64,000 nucleotides of DNA, from NCBI GenBank assembly GCA_963714935.1, contig CAVQQA010000005.1, forward strand, positions 28,289 through 92,288, given 5' to 3'. Made by a program: the position numbers and the translations under genes. Positions 60,891 to 64,000 of this stretch are shown in pieces. The notes under the pieces are model-generated. The model did not search any database. It saw only the letters and a program-made list of their open reading frames with translations, and was not told where the DNA came from. Every line of letters begins with the position of its first letter. Positions within the stretch are counted from its first letter, which is position 1. Source of the DNA: an uncultured Actinomycetes bacterium. GTDB lineage: Bacteria; Actinomycetota; Thermoleophilia; Solirubrobacterales; Solirubrobacteraceae.

Positions 60891-61544
60891 TCAGCGAGCC
60901 GCGCGGCGGCGCTTGATCAGCTCGCCCTGAGAGACGCGGTCCAGGCCGATCCAGCAGAACTCCATCGCACGGTCCACGACGCTCTCGCGCGGGATCTCGG
61001 GGTGATCGGTCCACCAGTGCGCGAGCAGCTGGATCGCGCCGGCCAGCATCTGCGCGTGCATCTCGAAGAACTGCGCACGCTGCTTCGCCGTCACTCCCGG
61101 CTCACGCTTGGTGTCGGCGGCCAGCAGGGCCGCGATCACGCCGGCCGCCTGCTCGCGGACGCGTGCGATCTCCTCGGTGACCTCCGGGTCGGCCGCATCG
61201 CGGAAGAGGGCGCGCCAGGCGTCGCGATGCTCCTCGACGAACGAGAGGAACGCATCGATCCCGCCGCGCAGGCGCTCCTCCCCCGTCGCAGCTGCGCCGG
61301 CGTCGGCGTTGGCCTGAAGCCGCCGGAAGATCTCGGTCGCGTGGGCCTCCACGAGCTCTGCGTGGAGCTCGCGCTTGCCGGCGAAGTGCTCGTAGATCAG
61401 CGCCTTGGACACCCCGGCCGTCGCAGCTATCTCCTCCAGCGACGCGCCGTGGTAGCCGGCACGCCCGAAGACCTCGCTCGCTGCCTCCAGCAGTTCCGCG
61501 CGGCGTTCGGGGGCACTCAAGCGGCGTCGGGGATGGTCGGCCAT
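60891..61544 (-). CDS. TetR/AcrR-family transcriptional regulator
   Basis: [48 protein letters not shown] (HTH). Intact 217 aa. Confidence 0.85.
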   Translation of the reverse strand: MADHPRRRLSAPERRAELLEAASEVFGRAGYHGASLEEIAATAGVSKALIYEHFAGKRELHAELVEAHATEIFRRLQANADAGAAATGEERLRGGIDAFLSFVEEHRDAWRALFRDAADPEVTEEIARVREQAAGVIAALLAADTKREPGVTAKQRAQFFEMHAQMLAGAIQLLAHWWTDHPEIPRESVVDRAMEFCWIGLDRVSQGELIKRRRAAR

Positions 61545-61595
61545 CGGCGGAGCATCCTCGCAGGTGGCCCGGGGGCGCGGGCCACCGGCTGCCCC

Positions 61596-62828
61596 TCAGG
61601 GCCGCGCGAGCGCGGGCGCCGCAGGGCGTCGAACCTGTCGCACCGCAGGAATCGAAAGACAGACGAGCGCTGCCACGACGCCCGCAAGGCTGCCCCAGCG
61701 CATCGCCGCATGAACCCCGAGCAGCTCGCCGAGCGGCCCCGCGAGGGCGAGGCCGATCGGCATCAGCCCCACCGACGTGCCCCAGTCGTAGGAGGCCACG
61801 CGCGCGGTCGCCTCGCCCGGGACCTGCTCCTGGATCGTGGTGTCCCAGAGCGTGAAGAACAGCGACACGCCGACACCGGCCACCAGCTCCAGCGCTGCTA
61901 TCCCTAGCGTCCCCGTCCCGCTGGCCAGGAACGCGCCCTGAAGCGACGCGAGCACCATCGCCGTGAACGCGGCGACGAGCGTTCGCGAGGGCCTGAGCCG
62001 GAGGGCCAGTGCACTGCCGGCGACGGCCCCGACGCCGAACGCGGTCGTGATCGCCGCCCAACTGGTCGCGCCGCCCAGTTCGGTCTCGGCGACCGAGGGG
62101 CCGAGGACGAAGACCGACGGCAGGACGAACAGGTGGTAGGCGACGAGCGCGCCGAGACCCGGAACGATCCAGCCCGACTCCCGGACGATCCGCCAGCCGC
62201 CGCGCAGCCCCTCGAGCATCGGTTCTGCGACCCGCAACGCGCCATCCGCGACCTCGGCCGGACGCAGTCGGAAGAGGAATGCCGCGCTCACGACGAAGGT
62301 GAGCGCATCGATCGCTATCGCCTCGCCCGGGCCGCTCACCGCGATCAGCACCCCTGCGGTCGCCGGGCCGGCGATCATCCCGACGTTCTGGGCCATCCCG
62401 ATGAGGGCGTTGGCCTCCTGGATGCGCGGCGCCGAGACGGTCTGCGGGATCAGCCCGATCATCGCCGGCCCGAAGAACGCGTCGGCCGTGCCGTAGAGCG
62501 CCATCAGCGCGGCCAGCATCCAGACCTCGGCGGCTCCGGTGAGCAGCAGCGCCGCGCTGACCGCCTGGATCACGGCGCGTGCGCAGTCGGCGGCCAGCAT
62601 CACCTCGCGACGGCCGACGCGGTCGCTGATCGCGCCGCCGGGGAGCGCGACGAGCAGGAACGGCAGCGACGCGGCCGCCGTCACGATCCCGAGATCGGCG
62701 ACGTCCCCGATCGCGAGCACCGCGAACGCCAGCGCGACGAACGCGATCCTGTCGCCCACGAACGACAGCACCTGGCCGGCGAACAGAAGGCGGTAGCGCG
62801 GCTCGTCCCGCAGTACGGCGGGCAGCAC
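61596..62828 (-). CDS. MFS transporter (EntS/DUF894-like)
   Basis: Intact 410 aa with about 12 TM segments: [38 protein letters not shown]. Confidence 0.85.
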   Translation of the reverse strand: MLPAVLRDEPRYRLLFAGQVLSFVGDRIAFVALAFAVLAIGDVADLGIVTAAASLPFLLVALPGGAISDRVGRREVMLAADCARAVIQAVSAALLLTGAAEVWMLAALMALYGTADAFFGPAMIGLIPQTVSAPRIQEANALIGMAQNVGMIAGPATAGVLIAVSGPGEAIAIDALTFVVSAAFLFRLRPAEVADGALRVAEPMLEGLRGGWRIVRESGWIVPGLGALVAYHLFVLPSVFVLGPSVAETELGGATSWAAITTAFGVGAVAGSALALRLRPSRTLVAAFTAMVLASLQGAFLASGTGTLGIAALELVAGVGVSLFFTLWDTTIQEQVPGEATARVASYDWGTSVGLMPIGLALAGPLGELLGVHAAMRWGSLAGVVAALVCLSIPAVRQVRRPAAPALARP

Positions 62829-62837
62829 CGGACTGCG

Positions 62838-63594
62838 TCAGCCGGCCGCAGCGACGCGTTCGAGGACCTCGGCGTCGACCTCGAAGTTCGCGTGGACCTC
62901 GCCGACGTCGTCGTTGTCCTCCAGGGCGTCGATCAGTCGCATCAGCTTCGCGGCTCCGGGCTCGTCCAGCTCGACTCGTGTCCTCGGACGCTGTGTGACC
63001 TCTGCGGACTCGAAGGCGATGCCCGCCGCCTCCAGGGCCGCGCGCACACCGGGGAGGTCGGCCGGCTCGGTCAGGACCTCGAACACGTCCTCGTCGGACG
63101 CTATGTCCTCGGCACCTGCGTCGATCGCGACGATCAGGTCGTCCTCGGTGTGCAGCGCCGCGTCGACGACGATGACGCCCTTCTTCTCGAAGACGTACGC
63201 CACCGACCCGGGCTCGCCGAGGTTGCCGCCGTGCTTGGTGAGCAGGTGGCGGACATCGGATGCCGGTGCGGTTGCGGTTGTCGGTGAGCGCCTCGATCAG
63301 CAGCGCCACGCCGCCCGGGCCGTAGCCCTCGTAGACGACTTCTTCGAAGCTCTCGGCGTCAGCGCCCTCGCCGGTCCCCTTGGCGATCGCCCGCTCGATG
63401 TTGTCCTTCGGCATCGAGGCGTCCTTGGCCTTCTGGATCGCCAGTCCGAGCGCCGGGTTCCCCTCGGGGTCTCCGCCGCCGTCCTTGGCGGCGACCGTGA
63501 TCGCGCGCGCCAGCTTCGTGAAGAGCTTGCCGCGCCGTGCGTCGACGATCGCCTTCTTGTGCTTGATCCCCGCCCATTTCGAATGCCCGGCCAT
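62838..63594 (-). CDS. yebC: YebC/PmpR-family transcriptional regulator, about 2 frame breaks (63200-63290)
   Basis: [72 protein letters not shown]. The C-terminal part is in ORF 62838-63203. Confidence 0.9.
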
Positions 63595-63668
63595 GCAGCA
63601 AATGTAGCTCCGCCATGCCGGCGGGGCATTGAATGAGCGCCCTTGGCCGACGAGACGGGACGGGACGG

Positions 63669-64000
63669 TCAGCGGGCGAGGCTCTGCGCGTGCTCGCGAT
63701 GCCAGTCCAGCGTACGCGCGAGGCCGTCAGCGAGACCGATCCGCGGCTGCCAGCCCGTGAGCCGCCGGAGCTTGCGCCGAGTCGAGCCATTGACGATCGA
63801 TCTCACCGGCCGGCGTACCGGCGCCGAGCACCTCGGGAGCGATGCCCGCACCGGACAGCTCGCACAGGAGCCGGACGACGTCGATCACGCGATGCGGCTC
63901 GCCGCCGCCCGCGTTGAACGCCTCGCCGCCGGCCGTTCCGGCGACGAGCGCGTCGGCGAGCGCCAGGTAGGCGTCGACCGCGTCGTCGACGTGCAGGAAG
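63669..64000 (-). CDS. NAD-dependent epimerase/dehydratase family protein, C-terminal part only (continues off the window), at least 1 frame break
   Basis: [32 protein letters not shown] and the C-terminus ..[27 protein letters not shown] are typical of the SDR sugar epimerase/dehydratase family. Confidence 0.55.

Overview
High-GC (~70%), almost fully coding chromosome segment with Actinomycetota-type synteny (possibly Thermoleophilia/Rubrobacteria-like; this is a guess). Everything from 1 to 30263 is on the minus strand: M16 peptidase start, pnp, a DsbA-like gene and a peroxiredoxin, rpsO, ribF, truB, nrnA, rbfA, DUF503, infB, nusA and rimP. Next come a TPR/transglutaminase/DUF58/MoxR module, coaBC-rpoZ-gmk-mIHF, a pyrimidine block (pyrD, pyrK, carB, carA, isochorismatase-like, pyrC, pyrB, pyrR) and rnz. 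Many neighbours share 4-nt stop/start overlaps (ATGA, GTGA, TTGA). After tRNA-Arg(CCG) lies an accessory-looking block (30.4-43.3 kb). It holds ArsR and a cation-efflux protein, a membrane-anchored decapeptide-repeat/collagen protein, VOC, pcm, a YWTD-propeller/Ig secreted protein, a collagen-like secreted protein, three coupled type-IV-prepilin-like minor pilins and a PE-Lig-Pol LigD. Then come a P4-less SAM-I-family riboswitch driving a ThrC-like enzyme joined in frame to a MoaD/ThiS-like carrier, corA, a lipid kinase and a 60-bp minisatellite. The rest is relA, recJ, secDF, ruvCAB, two tandem degenerate-GGDEF/HD-GYP paralogs, TetR, MFS, yebC and a partial epimerase. Major caveat: dozens of +/-1 frame breaks interrupt recognisable essential genes. 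They are clustered in blocks, while other blocks, including the whole 14-kb accessory region, have none. Where I inspected them they sit in short G/C runs, so I treat them as sequence errors, not pseudogenes. Coordinates of those genes are span estimates. The most interesting candidates are the orphan minor-pilin/collagen/propeller cluster, the riboswitch plus ThrC-MoaD (MetM/MetO-like) unit, a 53-bp exact repeat at two post-stop-codon sites, and the 60-bp tandem array.
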